Below are positions 39,680 through 54,594 of a stretch of 64,000 nucleotides of DNA, piece by piece. The translations under genes were made by a program, and so were the position numbers. Under the pieces are notes generated by a model, which worked only from the letters and a program-made list of their open reading frames with translations, searched no databases and was not told the DNA's origin. Numbering within the stretch: position 1 is the stretch's first letter; every line of letters starts with the position of its first letter. Source of the stretch: Camelus ferus (taxonomy: Eukaryota); the NCBI RefSeq assembly GCF_009834535.1, contig NC_045707.1, positions 53,570,001 through 53,634,000 on the forward strand. Reading direction: 5' to 3'.

Positions 39680-40470
39680 CTTGTGCATTATTTTGGCAAT
39701 GTAAATTAATATAGCCATTATGGGAAACAGTATGGAGTTTCCTGAAAATAGTTAAAAATAGAGATACCATAGATCCAGCAATCCCCCTTCTAAGTTTACA
39801 TATGAAGGGAGTGAAATCAGTGTGTTAAAGTGATATTTGCACTCACGTGTTCATTGCAGCTTTATTCACAATAGCCAAGGTATAGAAACCACCTGTTTAT
39901 CACTTGATGAATGAATAAAGAATGTGTAACATGCATATACAATGGGAAAATCTTCAGCCTTAAATAGTAGAAAATCCTGCCATTTACAACATAGATGAAA
40001 CTGAAGGACATTAATCAAAGTGAAATAAGCCAGTTAGAGAAAAACAAATATAGCATGATCTCATTTATATGTGATCTAAAATATCTAAAAATGTTGAGCT
40101 AATGGTCACAAAGTGTAGAATGGTGGTTACCAGAGGCTAGGGGTAGGGAAAATAGGGAGATGCCAGTCAAAGGATACAAATTCTCAGTTAAAAGATTGGT
40201 AAGTTATAGGAATCTGATGCACAGCATGGTGACTATAGTTAATAATACTGTATTGTGTACTTGAAACTTACTGAAAGAATAGATCTTAAGTGTTGCCACC
40301 ACACACACAGAAAAAGATAACTGTACAAGATAATAGGTGTTATAATTAGCCTGATTGTGGTGGTCATTTTACAATGTATACATTATATCAAATCATCACA
40401 TTGCACACCTTAAGTAGACACAATTTTTATTTGGCACTTACACCTCAACAAAACCAGGGGATAAAAAGAA
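39680..40470 (+). mobile_element. L1MA9/10-like 3' end
   Basis: 'ataccatagatccagcaatcccccttct...gtgttcattgcagctttattcacaatagccaagg...cagcatggtgactatagttaataatactgtattg...aaatcatcacattgcacacctt'. Confidence 0.85.
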
Positions 40471-41664
40471 TCTCATGGACTAGTCTCAGGGAATATCCCA
40501 GTGAAGGTAATTCCACCATAATATTGATCATCATGCTGAATATCATGGTTACTTTGCTAATTAGGCTGCCCAATTGTGTCTTCCATCGTACCTTCAGCAT
40601 TGATGAGAATTCCTCAGTAGCTTCATTCCCTTGCTAGAACCTACAGTTGGCACAAATATATCTTGGGAGAGCTCAGGTCAATTTGGTTGACTAGTAAGCT
40701 GATATTTTCACACAATTTTAACCAGCCACACTACATGGAATGTAGAACAGATGATGGAATAGTAAATGGGTCAGACAACTGTACCTTCTACTTCACTGTT
40801 ATCTCTGAGTTTGGGGAAATTGCATAAACTGGAACAGTGCTTGCTCATAGTAAGCTCTCCATACATACTCCTTAATTTAATTAAATAATGAACAATCACT
40901 TAATGTATTATAAACATTATCTCTTCTTACCCTTTCAGTACATTCTAGATAAAATAAAAATAGCAAACATGGATTGTGATTCATCCTTACAAAAGAATTG
41001 TGTAGAATATAATATATAATTTTACCAATATTTTATGTAATTGTTAAGATTCACAGCACACAGTACAGTATTCTTATTTATGGAAACAGTAACTTTAAAG
41101 GAGCTTTAGAATAGAAGCTCTCAAAAGTACTATTAACCTAATAGACATATTTTTATTTGTTGTTTTTCCTATTTTTTTCCAATGATTGGCATGTGCATTT
41201 TTCACTTTATGATAAACATTTATGGAGCTAAAACCCAGACATGTTTCTGAATAGATAGAGAAATGAGATGAAGTGCTCACAAGAATAGGATGCAAAAGAG
41301 AAAAAAACAATTACATGTGGGTGAGTGTATGGAAAGGAATGCAAAGTTACTGTGTGACACATGGGTACTATCTGACCTATGCAAGAAAAGAGCTTGGCAA
41401 TGCTTCCCAGCCAAAAAACTGTTTGAGTTGAGTCTTGAATTGTGATCGTCAGGAAGCCAAGTAAACAAGATTTCAGAAAAATGAAGTAGAGAAATAAAGG
41501 ATGCTCCAGAGGAATGGGCACATGATCTTGCATGGAAATGTACGAGAGCTCACAGTGTTTAGGCCTCTGCGGAAGATGAATGTTAGAGAATAGGGTGAGA
41601 GATCAGTTCCGAGAATAAAGCATTATGAAAACATTTTAGGTCATAATAAAGATCTTAAATTAAG

Positions 41665-41834
41665 CATGATCCCAAGACCAGCTATATCAGCATCACTTAA
41701 CAATTTGTTAGAGATGTGACTTGTCAAGTCCCACTCAAAACTGCTGAAGCAGAAACTGAGGTAGAGTCCTGGGAAACTTAGTTTTAACAAGCCCTTCAGG
41801 TGATCCTGTGCACTTCAAAGTTTGAGAACCACTG
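41665..41834. mobile_element. MER5A-like hAT DNA transposon, within degenerate L2 (-) sequence at ~41400-42170
   Basis: 'cagcatcacttaacaatttgttagagatg...gttttaacaagcccttcaggtgatcctgtgcacttcaaagtttgagaaccactg'. Confidence 0.8.
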
Positions 41835-42854
41835 CACTAGAACATTTGCTAATCGTCTGGCATTGCAAAGCCATGCACTTACAAAGGTGAGGGAGAAGCC
41901 TGGATAAGTACTTTAGAATACTCCATTGGCAGATTCATTGGAAGGAGACAGTAATGAAAGCAAGAAGATGAAATTCAAGAACATTTTGGCAGGTCAGGTG
42001 AGAACTGAGGAGGTTCTGAAATAACATACTGAATATGGTGATATAGAAGTTGGAACACATTTAAGAGAAATTTGAAGTGGAAAACTGGGATTTGACGAAC
42101 AACAGCACATAGAAGCATAAGGTAAAGGGGGTAAGTTTTGATTGATTTCTCATTTTCTAGCTTTGTGAACTAAGTAAACCAAACATATTATATATCCAGT
42201 TGTTTAATATACTGCCAGGTATTATTGGTATGTATCATCAGTTTACAAGATCTTTCTTTAAATGCTTGATTACATTCTACCTAAATTTGTGCACATTCTT
42301 TTTTTTTTTATTTTTTTTTTTTTTGGTTTGAGCCAAATACATCTACAAAAATTTAAGTGACAACTGAGTTTGCTATTTACAGGAACTTATATATAGTAAA
42401 TTGTACTTACCAGCTGAAATACCTTGGAATGTGTTTTGTGGCAATATAAAAGCATTAATATGCTGCTAATTCCAAGTACCGAGTAATCTACTGTTAACAT
42501 GCTTTTAAAGTAACTGTACTAATACGAGTTCTAAGCATATTACAGAAAATGTCGATGAGAGTTAGGACTGGGCAATGCATTTTCTTTTCCTTTATTTTTT
42601 ATTTCCAAAATAATAAATTCATTATTACTTCCCAACCCTTTAAACTCAATAATGTTATTTTTATCCTACGATGAAGCTTTATAAAGCTTGTTTTTATATC
42701 ACTCCATCCAGAACGTTTAAATTATAGGAATCACTAACACTTTCACAATAAGTGGAACCACACACCTGAGACATGGAAATGGAAAAGTGTAATAAAGGAT
42801 AGAATTTTAAGGAAAGCTTGGTTTTCAACAGTGGAAGGAGAGTCACACTTCAAT

Positions 42855-43090
42855 GATAATACATATATCTAGTGACATCTTGCCGAGCACTGTTAAAGTG
42901 TCATATGCGTCATCTCATTTAAAATTCCAGTGGACTACCAATTAGGAGACAATATTATCTAAATTTTGCAGATGACAAAATTAGGATTTAAGTAACTTAC
43001 TCAATTCATACAACTGATAAAATAAAAAAGACAGAATTTATATCCAGCTGTGTCTTCTTATGGGTCCTTAAGAACTATGCTTTACTACCA
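42855..43090 (-). mobile_element. MIR SINE
   Basis: 'catctcatttaaaattcc...attattatctaaattttgcagatgacaaaatt...ttaagtaacttactcaa'. Confidence 0.65.
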
Positions 43091-43210
43091 TGTGAAAAAG
43101 AAGATGGGAAAGAAATGACTAGGAAGGTACATAAAGATCAAGGTAAATTCAGTGTAATAATGAAAACAAAGAAATAGAAATATCCCAAATGAAGGTGAAC
43201 TTACTCAGCT

Positions 43211-43241
43211 CTGTGTGTGTGTGTATGTGTGTGTGTGTGTG
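43211..43241. repeat. (TG)n microsatellite
   Basis: Read directly from the sequence. Confidence 0.9.
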
Positions 43242-45134
43242 TTACTTGGTGAAAATAACCAACTTCTAATTTTATTGTGAAAAACATAGATCATGGCATT
43301 GGAATATCTATTAAATACTGTACCGTAGGCTATTTTTCTTTCCATATATGAATGTGACAGTATTTCTCTAGCTGAACACACAATGACAACATTGTTTATT
43401 GGAGGCAAAAAAATTATATCACAATACAAGCAAGCATAAACACAAAAAAGGAGAAAGAAGGGGAAAAACTAATACAGTATTATAGATCATAAAATACAAT
43501 TCAGCCTTCAAAAATAAAATGTAGAGAAGTCATAAATAGGAAAGGGGCTCAAAGAAGAAATATCAGTGAAACTCCCTCTTTTTTTTTTGCTTTTTCTCAG
43601 GCTGATTATATTTAAGAAAAATTTATCCTAGTGTCCACATCTCCCTACACACATACATAAAGTATCATTAAATTATATGTTAACTTTTCTCTATCTAATA
43701 ACACTGTTTAGAAATAACACCATGGAAGGTCAAACTAAGTATTGGATCACTATTTTGAACAAAAATGTGTTTTTGGAGGTGCAAATACGATACGCTCATA
43801 ATTATGTAAAACACTGTAGCTCATTGTGACCAATTTCTGCTGATCTGATGCATGTTATTTTTAAAACAAAACAACATTTTGAACAAAAATAAAATAGCTA
43901 ATTAAGATATCCTTAAATAATTGTCCCATTATGGGCATCACTGCTTGCGATTGATAATAATTACAAAACACAAATTTGCATTTCTAAAAATATATTCTCC
44001 TAATTTAGTAAATTGATAAGAAAGTCATTGTTTTAGTGATCTTTTGAATATATAAATATTCGCATATAATAGAGTTGCTCAATATGAAAGTTGCTGATAC
44101 AGAGTTAAACTAAGTGTTCATAGCAATAAAAATCACGATTAGGTGAGGGGTAACAGGCAGCTTTCCTAAGAAATACTGTAGAATCCTGTTTAGGTTATTC
44201 TCTCTCCTATAGTAAGCAACCACCATGATCACAATTTATCCCAGCCTAAACTGGAAGTCTCCGCAGAACATTAATGCTTGCATTAATGTAGATTTTGCTA
44301 GCTAACATTTTTCTCTGTGACAGTTTCATATTCAAAATTGTATATGCATGGCCATCTAGGCATATAATTTTACGGTTATGGTTTAAAGTGTAATGACTCT
44401 GTAATTTTATACCTGGAAAAGTCATCAATGATTCTAATAACTTTAATAAATTGAATCATTAATATTAATTATTGAAAGATATGTAGAGTACATTGAGTTA
44501 GAACACCTGGGTTTAGAATTCCGTCAGCTTCATTAGAGATGATCTCATTTTCATTTGTTTTATCACCACTAATCTAAGAAGAAAATCAAATAAATCCTAA
44601 TTATTTAAAAAAATATGATTGGTAGTATATATGGAGGATGGTCATTTTGCCTGGAGCTGAAAATCTAAGGCATGCCCTTAACAAACTTAAAGAATATACA
44701 GAAAACTGATAAACTACATAAATCAAAAGTTAAGTGGATGGTAAATTATGTGTTGCAGATATTAGCTCTAACTGAGTGTTTTTCTGGCTAAGTATGAATT
44801 CACTATGTGTAACTATGTATTTGTGAAAATAGTTTATTATGTCTCTATTCCCCATTAAAATATAAGACAGTCATTTTACCTGTTTTAAAATCTTTCATCC
44901 TAAGAGAACAACAAAGGACCTGATACACTATAGTTATTCAATATTTATTAAATAAAATGAAATAAAAATATAAATTTCATTGGACACATGTTAAATTCTA
45001 AGTATTTTCAGTGTGTTATTTGGAAAATGTGATCCAATATTACAGATGAAAAACTTGAGCGTAGTGTTATAAAACAGTATTTTCAAGATCAAGTGGCTGA
45101 GTCTGTATGCAGTCAAAATTTTCTAAGTAAAATA

Positions 45135-45400
45135 ATAGTAATAATACCATGATAATAACAGGGGCTAAAACATGTAATGCTTACTAAATGCTAGATTCTG
45201 TTCTAAGGTCTTATCTGTATCAACTCACTTAATGCATCTAACATCCTTGAGATAGGGAGGATATAGGTCTTATTTACCAGAGGGCAAAGTGAGGCCCAAA
45301 AGGGTGTTATGATAAGTAATCTCCACATAGTCTGCAGTTAGGGAGTGAGTTCAGCAGCTGGGATTGCAAAGTCTGTCTGGTCTGAGAGTCTTTCTTTTAG
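45135..45400 (-). mobile_element. MIR SINE
   Basis: 'aatgcttactaaatgctagattctgttctaagg...aactcacttaatgcatctaacatccttgagataggg...aaagtgaggcccaaaagg'. Another faint MIR is probably at ~45660-45880 (+). Confidence 0.65.
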
Positions 45401-46384
45401 ACACTTAAGCTTTACAGTTTTTCGGGATGACCATTTCTGTTTACTGAAACAATTTTGTCCCTGTGTGAATCCAAATAATTATTGGATGTGGAGTAAATAA
45501 GTAAATACTCTAGAAATGCAAATTCATTTGTCCAGCAAACATTTATGAAGTTTAAACCGCACAATGGGACTGGGGTTAGCAGATAACAAAGATTACTGAA
45601 ATTCACAGTCCGAAGGGAAATTCTTGTAATGTAGTTATTACAAGGTAATTGTTTGAAGTGGCACGGTAAAGTAAAATGAAGACTAGGCTATGAGAAAAAG
45701 TGCCCTTGGGTTGTATCAGATACAATAACAATAGGTACTGCATGGTCATTTAGTTAATCTAAACCTCAGACTTCTTGATCTGTTAAGTATGGTGTATAAA
45801 CTTGATATGCTTGCTTCAATGATCTATTAGAATAGTTGATTGACTTAATTGTGGAAAGGGCTCTGCACAGCATAATGCTATGGAAATTTTCAGTAATATC
45901 TTAACTATTTAATTACATTTAGTCACCAAGTGTTCAAAGAAATCTAGTCAAACAGGAATCCTCTAGCCTAGCAACTGATGATACTGTCTCTTCTGCTTTC
46001 TGTAACACATCAGAGAGTAAAAACATCTCCCATCTCTTCTTCACTTCTAAATCACGTGTTGGTGTTGGAAGAATTAAGTTCACGTGGAACACTTCTGGCC
46101 TAGTTAATAACTGCACCAGGTTTTGCTGTCTACATATCCTTGGCTGGGTTCTGGCAGGAGAAAAGGTTGCAAAGTGGGGAGATCATTAGGTCTGCAACTT
46201 CTTTTATTTCTCTTTTGGATGTTTTCATTCTGTGAACTATGTGTTCATTCTGCTTCTCTATATCCTTTTTATTTCTTAGCTTTGGTGTTTTTTGAACGTG
46301 AAATACACTCCAGTTTTTCTCCCCAAAGGTAAGAGTAGATCAGAAAAATTTGACCTGAATTACTTATGTGTATTTTTATCCCTA

Positions 46385-46800
46385 CTTCATTTACTGAACT
46401 ATTCATTGAGCATCGACTGTGTGCTCACCTCTTTGTTAGGTGTAGGTGGTGTAGATATGAGCAACTAATGGAACGTTGGTAATGAGACTGCCAATAAGCA
46501 AGTAAGAAATGGTAGAATAATTTATTATGGTTGAGTCTTCCTGTGCGGGAAAAAGAGTAAGAGAGGCTTTACATAGAGGTGAAGCTTGAGCTTGATTTGG
46601 AAAAAGAATAACTGTTCTTCAATTAGAAGAAGTTTAGGGAGTAGAAATGATTATCTCTAGGTAGAGAGAACCATATGGAAGTTATAAAACATTTTGGTGT
46701 GTTCAGAGCAAGTGGTTCAAAACAGAGAATACAATTAGGGGAAAAGTAAGACTCAACCAGATAGTAAGCTAGAAATTAGGCTGGGTCAAGGGTCTTCTAT
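46385..46800 (-). mobile_element. L2 3' fragment
   Basis: 'ttcatttactgaactattcattgagcatcgactgtgtgc...gaggtgaagcttgagcttgatttgg'. Confidence 0.6.
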
Positions 46801-47364
46801 GAAAACCCAAGGCATGGACAGCAGTACTCTCTTCTCTGTTTGCCTCTTTACTGTACTTATCTGCTTATTCATTTGTGGCCTTCAAGTTTAAAAGTTGAGT
46901 GGAATTAGAAGAAAGTGATGCACTTTTTTTTCCTGTCATCACTAAGAATCAATAATTATGACACAGGTAGTAAAAAAAAAAATGGTGATAAACTGCTGGC
47001 AGCTATGTTTATTCTTTGACTAACATATTTCTGAACTTTTTCATATCTTTTTGCAATCTAATCTATATCATAAAATTAGTTTAAAAACAAAATAAAGCAG
47101 AATAGAAAAAAGTAGTGCCAAAGATCCTGAGTTGAGGTGTTCTGGATGCTGCTTCGATTGTACAGGATTGCAGCTCAACAAGGAGAAGGCACTGAGAGCG
47201 AAGCCATAGTGATACAGGGCCTGGGCAGTAGCAGGGAAAAAAAAAGGCTTACATTAAGAAGCCATTACATCAAACACTGCATTTCAGGGTGTTTGTATTT
47301 ACCACTTCCACATGTGATTTCATTCCTCTCGTGATCCAAGCAGCAGGAACAGTGGAAAACACTA

Positions 47365-47760
47365 ATCACTGTACAACTGTGAGTGTCAGGAAATTAACAC
47401 TTTACAGCATTGTTATCTAATCTGTAGATTTTATTCGTATCCTCAGTTGTCTCAATAATGTCCTTTTTTTGCAAAAGAAAATCCAGAATTACGCATTGCA
47501 TTCAGTTGTCAGACATCCTTTAATCTGGCATACTTCCTGACTTTGTCTTTCTCTCTCTCTCTTTTTGGTTATTTGATGCTGTTATTTTTAAAGAGTTCAC
47601 AGAGTTCAGAGTTATTTTGTAAAATATCCCTCAGTTGGGGTTTGTGTGATGTTTTGTTACCTCACAATAAGTTTCTGTCTTTTGACAAATACTTCATAAG
47701 GATGTTGTGCATTGTATAGGAAGACACACATTGTGGATTTGTTTCATTACTGATGATAAT
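47365..47760 (-). mobile_element. L1MC4/5-like 3' UTR fragment
   Basis: 'cagttgtctcaataatgtcctttt...cgcattgcattcagttgtc...ttattttgtaaaatatccctcagttggggtttgtgtgatg'. Confidence 0.7.
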
Positions 47761-48205
47761 TGTTAAAAAAGGAATTAAATAAGCCAACAAAATAATTTAG
47801 CATGGTAAAGCTATGGCTGATAAGTTTAAATTTTTCAGTTAATAAGACTAAATTTGGATTAATTTGTACTTTTCATGCACACATTAGAAAGAAGAGATAA
47901 CTCATAGGCGTTTATACTTAAAATGTATTTACAACCATGAAGCAGCACTAGTATGAGGATGAACATTTCTTGAATAACCTCCAAATTCATTACCTGAAAT
48001 GATATTTATTAAAGATACCACTAAGTTTTGACTAAATTCAATTACAATTGTATCACATAAACAGCCACACTGGTTCTGACAGCTTCCTATGCAATGCTTC
48101 ACCAAAACACTAAACATATTTGGAAAAGATTGTAAGCTCATTGAGGGCAGATAATACACCTTATACACTGTTTTATCAAGACTTAGCTGATAAGTGTTTC
48201 TAAAT

Positions 48206-48598
48206 AAATCTTGAACTCCCAGTGTATCCCTTCTTCCCACCTTCCCCGCCTGGTAACCATGTTTGTTTTCTATGTCTGTGAGTCTGTTTCTGTTTTGTAA
48301 ATAAGTTTGTCATTTTTTTTGTTTTTTAGATTCCACATGTAAGTGATATCATGTGGTATTTTTCTTTCTCTTTCTGGCTTGCTTAACTTAAAATGACCAT
48401 CTCTAGGTCCATCCATGTTGCTGCAAATGGCATCATTTTATTATTTTTTATGGCTGAATAGTATTCCATTATATAAATATGCCACAACTTTATCCAGTCA
48501 TCTGTCAATGGACGTTGACGTTGTTTCCATGTCTTGGCTATTGTAAATAGTGCTGCTGTGAATATTGGGGTGCATGTATCTTTTTGAATTAAGGTTCC
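48206..48598 (-). mobile_element. Young L1 fragment (ORF2 C-terminus and partial 3' UTR) lacking the 3' tip
   Basis: ORF 48383-48697 contains QKDTCTPIFTAALFTIAKTWKQ...MPFAATWMDLE, the L1 ORF2 C-terminus. Highly similar to 38995-39318 and 62468-62860. Confidence 0.9.
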
Positions 48599-49819
48599 AT
48601 AGTCAAATTTTATTCCAAGTACATAGTTGTTTTTTTTCCCCTCAAAAACAAAACTCATCCTTGAAAATGTTATATCATGTTTGGGTTTAAGTTGCATTTT
48701 AGTACTTTAATAATTTTGTAAAGGTTTGCAGCCTGTCAAAAGATATACTTTTGCTCAGTTGAGTACCTAATCCATGATTGTTGACTGTAATTCTATGTCT
48801 AGTGTGCCCTTGCTTCTCAACCTCCAATACATTTAGATAATTTTGGCTGTGGTACAAAGGTAATAAAAATAAGGAAGCTGCAGACAGCAAAGCAGCATAT
48901 AGGTCTTTTAAGCATATTATTTTTCCTTGCATACATAGTGCGCCTTCAAATTAAACTGTTTAATTTAGATATTACTGAACTTTTGAAATGACTAACTTTG
49001 ACATATGCAATAATCTGTAAGCACTGAGCTTTGTTTTTTCAAACCCTGATATTTATGAGGCCAGAATCAACTCAACTATGGCCAATGTGAGACACTTAGA
49101 AAACTAGATGAAGTGGCTATCTATCGTTTTAATTAAATAATGGATATGACTTCATCGTTACATTTTGTAATTATAGTATTCTTGCTATCAAAATGAGTTT
49201 ATAAAATGGAATATTAAAAAGGAATAAATGTCCCAGATTTGTATCATAGTTTTAATTTGATTTGAATCAAATCTTAGAGAGAATTTTACAGCACTTGACG
49301 ATATAATTCTAAAATGTTTCAAGTGATTCAAATAATGAAAGAGCTTAAGAAAACAAAATATTTTGAGAAGGACAAATAGTGAAAAAAGAATTGCTCTACC
49401 ACATATATAAAAACATTATAAAGCTTCAATTAAACAGTTCACTTTGTGAGCTAATCCACATGTAGAAATACTTTTAAAGGAGCAAAATATTTGGTCTTTT
49501 GACACCGATAGCCTTTCATTTTCAGTTCATTTAATATTTATTCATTGCAGGATAATAGGTCAATAAAAATATGTGAAAAAAAGGACTGTTCTAAAATTAT
49601 GCTTAGAGTATATATAATAAAAAAACAGAACCCATAATTTATGAATCTATGGCATTTTAATTTTTTAAGTATATTAACTATATATGTGATATTTGCAATA
49701 ATATATTCTTTATATTTATGTTTAAATCTTTGTGCATTGCTGTATAGAGACATTAAGATATGTATAATTATAATTGAGATAGATACTTATTAATGCATAT
49801 TGAATATATATATAGAGAG

Positions 49820-50595
49820 AGAGCTGTCTTAATGAAGGAGCCTTCATCCATCTAATCAGTCTGTCTAAAAATCTACTTGTCGTAATTTAAATCTTTTTTT
49901 CTTACTTTCAGTATCCAGTCTGGCTAAGTTTTATTCTAAATACCCCTTAAATCTGCCCTTTTCCTCCTATCTACCAAATCATAATCCTAAATTTAATATT
50001 TTTACCTGGATGGATAACTCATTTTGGTAATTACATGTCCCAGACATTCAATATGCCCTTGCCATGTGGTAGCCTAATTGAACTGTTTTAAGTTCAGTGT
50101 CAATCTTCTGTTAACATTCTGCAATGACTCACCACTATTGCTCTTTTTAAGATAAAGCCATTACAAGATCCCAACCAGCCCTGCTTAATCTAGCTCCTGC
50201 CTCCCTCTCTAGCTACGTGGCTTACGTATCTTATTCTCTCCCTCTCTGCTACACTAGCTTTCTTTCATATTCCCAAAAGTATTCTGCTCCCTAGAAATGC
50301 ACATGTTCTTATTTGGTCTGTAAAACTCTCTCCCCAACCCTACATTTCCACTTATTCAGCCAAACCATCTCTGGAATCCTAATATACATTCATAAAACAT
50401 CATGCACTTTTGCACAGAAGTTGTCACAGTTTTCAGTCATAAACTGTTGTGTTACTATTTGATTAGTGTCTATCTCTCCCTTTAGAATTTAAACCACCTG
50501 ATCCATGTGTTTTTGCTCAACATTGTATTCCCACTACCTATCAGAGTGCCTGGCATAGAGTTAATTACTCATTGATTGAATAAATGATTGAATAG
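49820..50595 (+). mobile_element. L2 3' region
   Basis: CT-rich body ending 'cattgtattcccactacctatcagagtgcctggcatagag...attgattgaataaatgattgaat'. Confidence 0.7.
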
Positions 50596-53500
50596 CAAGA
50601 TATAGGCATCTCAGTTTTCCAAAGTATTTTATTTTCGATTTTAAAGACATTGGATATCATCTAATTCGTATCACTCTGCTGGCCACTTACCTTCACCAGA
50701 ATCATCATGTTAACACAGAGCCTACAGGATAAACTACAAGTCCTTTGGCCTGACAGACTTAAGTCTCTTGAAACATAGCTATCCTTTAAAAGTTATTTCA
50801 TACTTTAACTGTCTCTAGCTGCTCTGCTTTTGCCAAGTTGATACACTCTTTATCTTTCAGAGGCATCCCACATTCTTCTATTTCATGTCTAAAAAACCCC
50901 TTCTTACCTCTTTGCTTATCTAATTCCTAAATATCCATTAAAACCTACTCAAGGCCCTTCAGCTCTACAAAGTGTTACCTAAGGGGAATGTTAATTGTTT
51001 TCTGCTGTGTGTATATATTGTATTTGCTATTTACTGTCATGTACACGTTCCTGTTTTATGTGTGTATATGTCTCTTGCAGTTACTTTTGAAAATAACATA
51101 TGAGCAAGAGTCTTTTTTATAAAAAACTGTATCCTAATAAGGATTTGCAGAAACCTTATTGATTAATTAATTAATTGATGAATTGAAATTCAGGAAGTAA
51201 GGGTTGAAATTAATAGATTATGTAATATAGTCTTGGTACAAATGCCAGGTCAGTGGTTTGGTATGCTGTCTTAGTCCATCTATATCAAAGGCATTTCATA
51301 TTATCAAGTTAGGCCTTCAGGAAGTTTTCATTTTTCTGATCGACAGCCATTAACCATTCTTATGTGGAGGGTGATCTGATTAAAAACAGTGATTTTTCAG
51401 GATTGATACATTGATAACATGGATTTCTTTAATAATTCAATAAACAAATGTTATGTTCCATTCAAAGGATCAATGCTAAGGGTGTGAAAGATTGTGAAGT
51501 TGTGACAGTGTTTGGATCTCTAAGAATGGTCAATCTTAAAGGTAATTAATATTAATTTTCAGTCTAGAATGTCATAGGGAAAGGCTGCAGAAATTCTGGT
51601 AAGAGTTGACAGTTACTGCATTGAAATGGAGTTACATTATGAAGATATTGACTATGAGCTAGAGATGAAAAAGTATTACAAAGGGCGATTGGCAGGATTT
51701 AGGCACTAATTGTAGAGATCTTACAGAGGGTGCCACACAAATTCTGAATCAAATTTGTCTGAGATGTTTATTAAAATGAAGATTACTAGGGCCTATCTCA
51801 GTCAGGGCCTATCTGCTGAATCAGAACCTCAGGATGAATGGCAGACATGAAGCCATTTTAGATAGCTATAAAACACTTTCCCTAAGGATTAAGAACACGA
51901 TGTTTAAGAACAAAATAGGAAGTTTGATTTCTACATTTGTGGGAAATCCGAGTAGACTATCCCAAAAATTATGAAACATGTAGGACAGGTAATTATTGTT
52001 AGTGTGAAAAAGCCATTTAGACAAATAATTCGTTTAGCCTTTATGCAATTTTAATTTATTTTTTACCAATAATTACTTTTCCAGTTCATAGCATTAAAAT
52101 AACACGATTCGCTGTCCATAATATTAATTGACCTAGCATCTTACATTAAAAACCTTAAAATCTTCCATTATATTTTTGTGAATGAATGTAATAAATTTAA
52201 AATATTTAGTATTCTTTAATGATATGGTTTACATATTGCATTCATTGTTTCCATAAAATTTGCTGAATTTTTATTTTTTTACATTTTATGTAGCTGTTTA
52301 CGATTCTCTTAAATGGGCATAAAGGATTGCAGACCCTCAGTATCTGGTTCTATGTTGTTGATTATTTTAAAATAAAATAATTGTAAAATAATTGTACCAA
52401 GAAATATAAGTTATATAATTTTTTCCATTTTATTTGTTTTAAACATTCACTTTTTCAATACTTTCAATGAATACATTTTAATATTTTATTCTTAGTTTAG
52501 AGCAGCCAAATTCCACCATGAAGTTGCTTTATTTTCCTATTACAGAACTGTTTCAAATATCATTTAGTAGATATCTATAGCAGGTAAAAATGGTCAAAAT
52601 TCTCATTTTATCCTGTTATGAATTTTATATTTTTTTTAATTCTAATAAGATTTAGAAGGTGATGGTCATGATGTATAAGACACAGATACTGAAAATAATA
52701 CATTAATGTGTGTTTGAGGGGCTCACCATATGCTCTGGAAATGCATAGTTGAATAATATCATGATCCTCGCCCTCAAGCAGTTGTGGTTTACCAGAAGGA
52801 GATATTTATGTATGCTCAGTGATCCAGCAGGTACCATAAATGTACCACTGTCAGTAAAATTTATATTATATTTTAAACTTTGATTTGAGCAATATGAGTG
52901 ATGAGTTCATTATCATTTTCAATCACCTTTAACTATTCTTGCCCCTTCAAAAATTTTTTCCTCTGTTTGATATTCTTTATCACTGAATTATTAAAGCCAT
53001 TTAAGTAGATTTATCATTTTCCTAAGCTTCTTAAATCATTTTTGTCTACCTGCATAACAGGAGCATGCATATTAAAGAGCATAGTGAATATGAAAGCAAT
53101 AGTGACATTTATTTAATTTGTATTATATAGTATATTCTTTATTCATTGCCTTTAATCTCATTGTGAATTGATTTTTTTCATTTGAAGAAGTAACACTTTA
53201 AAATTATCATGTTTTAAATCCTACATGGATATAATTAATTATAATTTTAGATTTAGGATTAATCAGTGGTTATGATGCATATACTTATATATAAAGAAAA
53301 GTCATAAATCATAAGGAGGGCAATTTAATCATCCTACTTAGTTCATGAATATTATTTTAGTTAAAAAAAAACTTACAGTTATACATGTTAAAAATCTTGC
53401 AATATATGTAAGCTTGTTTTTCATGTTTTGCCTGGACTAAATTACCTCATGCCATGATAGTATTTGCATTTCCAACATGATCTGTATTTAAACCAGTTTT

Positions 53501-54594
53501 GAAGGAACTCCTTTGGATAAGATAATATAGGTTAAGAGATAGTTTTGCAGTATGCAGAGCCAAAATTACAGCAATCATACACACCAGGAGGGGGATGGGA
53601 ATAAAGAAAAGGGATATTGACTAAATTGCCCATTAGCTCTATAACAAATTAAGCTATTTTCGTCTGGTGAATTATCTTGCTCTTGTGGGGAAAAAAAAAA
53701 TAATGAAATTTTAAGTCATACTAACCAGGGCTACATTTGCTAACATTTTTAGTTGTGAAATTCTGAGAGTGTTACTCAAGCTTTTTGGAACCATAATTTA
53801 CTCAGTTAAAAATGAAGATATCAAAATCTCATAGCTTTTTTTGAGCATTTAATGAGATGTGTATATATATACACACACACACACATATATCTATGTATTC
53901 CCCCTATACTCTGGAATCAGAACCATTCTCACATATTTTTCTTTATTATTTCTGCATAGTCTCACCCATTTTATAGTGATCATCTATATGCCAATGGTTT
54001 CCAGCTATGTAACCTTAACCACTACATCTATTAATTATAATTTTCAAAAAGATAAATTTAATAACCTCATGCAAATATAAAATAAACACATGCCAAAGAT
54101 TCTATTTGCGTATTAACTAATGACAGGATGTTAAAGTTGGTCCAAAGAGCATATGAAAAATAGCTGAATGCTTATGTTTAAGTATGTGTATATGAATGTA
54201 TATATAATATGCAATTTAATAGAGGAATGTTAGGATCATATTTCTGAATTAGAGTCAAAACTGATAAATGTCTTAAAAGGCAAAAAATTATTTTTTTCTA
54301 TTCCACTAGACAGAAATTATATTCATATATACTCAACAACAGCAATAACAACAAATCTGCATGTTAATCTCTGTCCCTACAGAGTTGGAAAATAGGCTAA
54401 TTAATAGGAAGATAAAGTCTGTACCACACTGAGAAAACAAAATAATCTCTTTTGTCTGTTTTATGTCTGGGACAATTTTCCTGTCACCTTTTTCATCAAA
54501 TTTGGAATGCACACACACATACACATTCACATATGTAGTATAAGTAATTTTTATTATTTAACATGATAATATATAATTATTTAAATACATTTTT

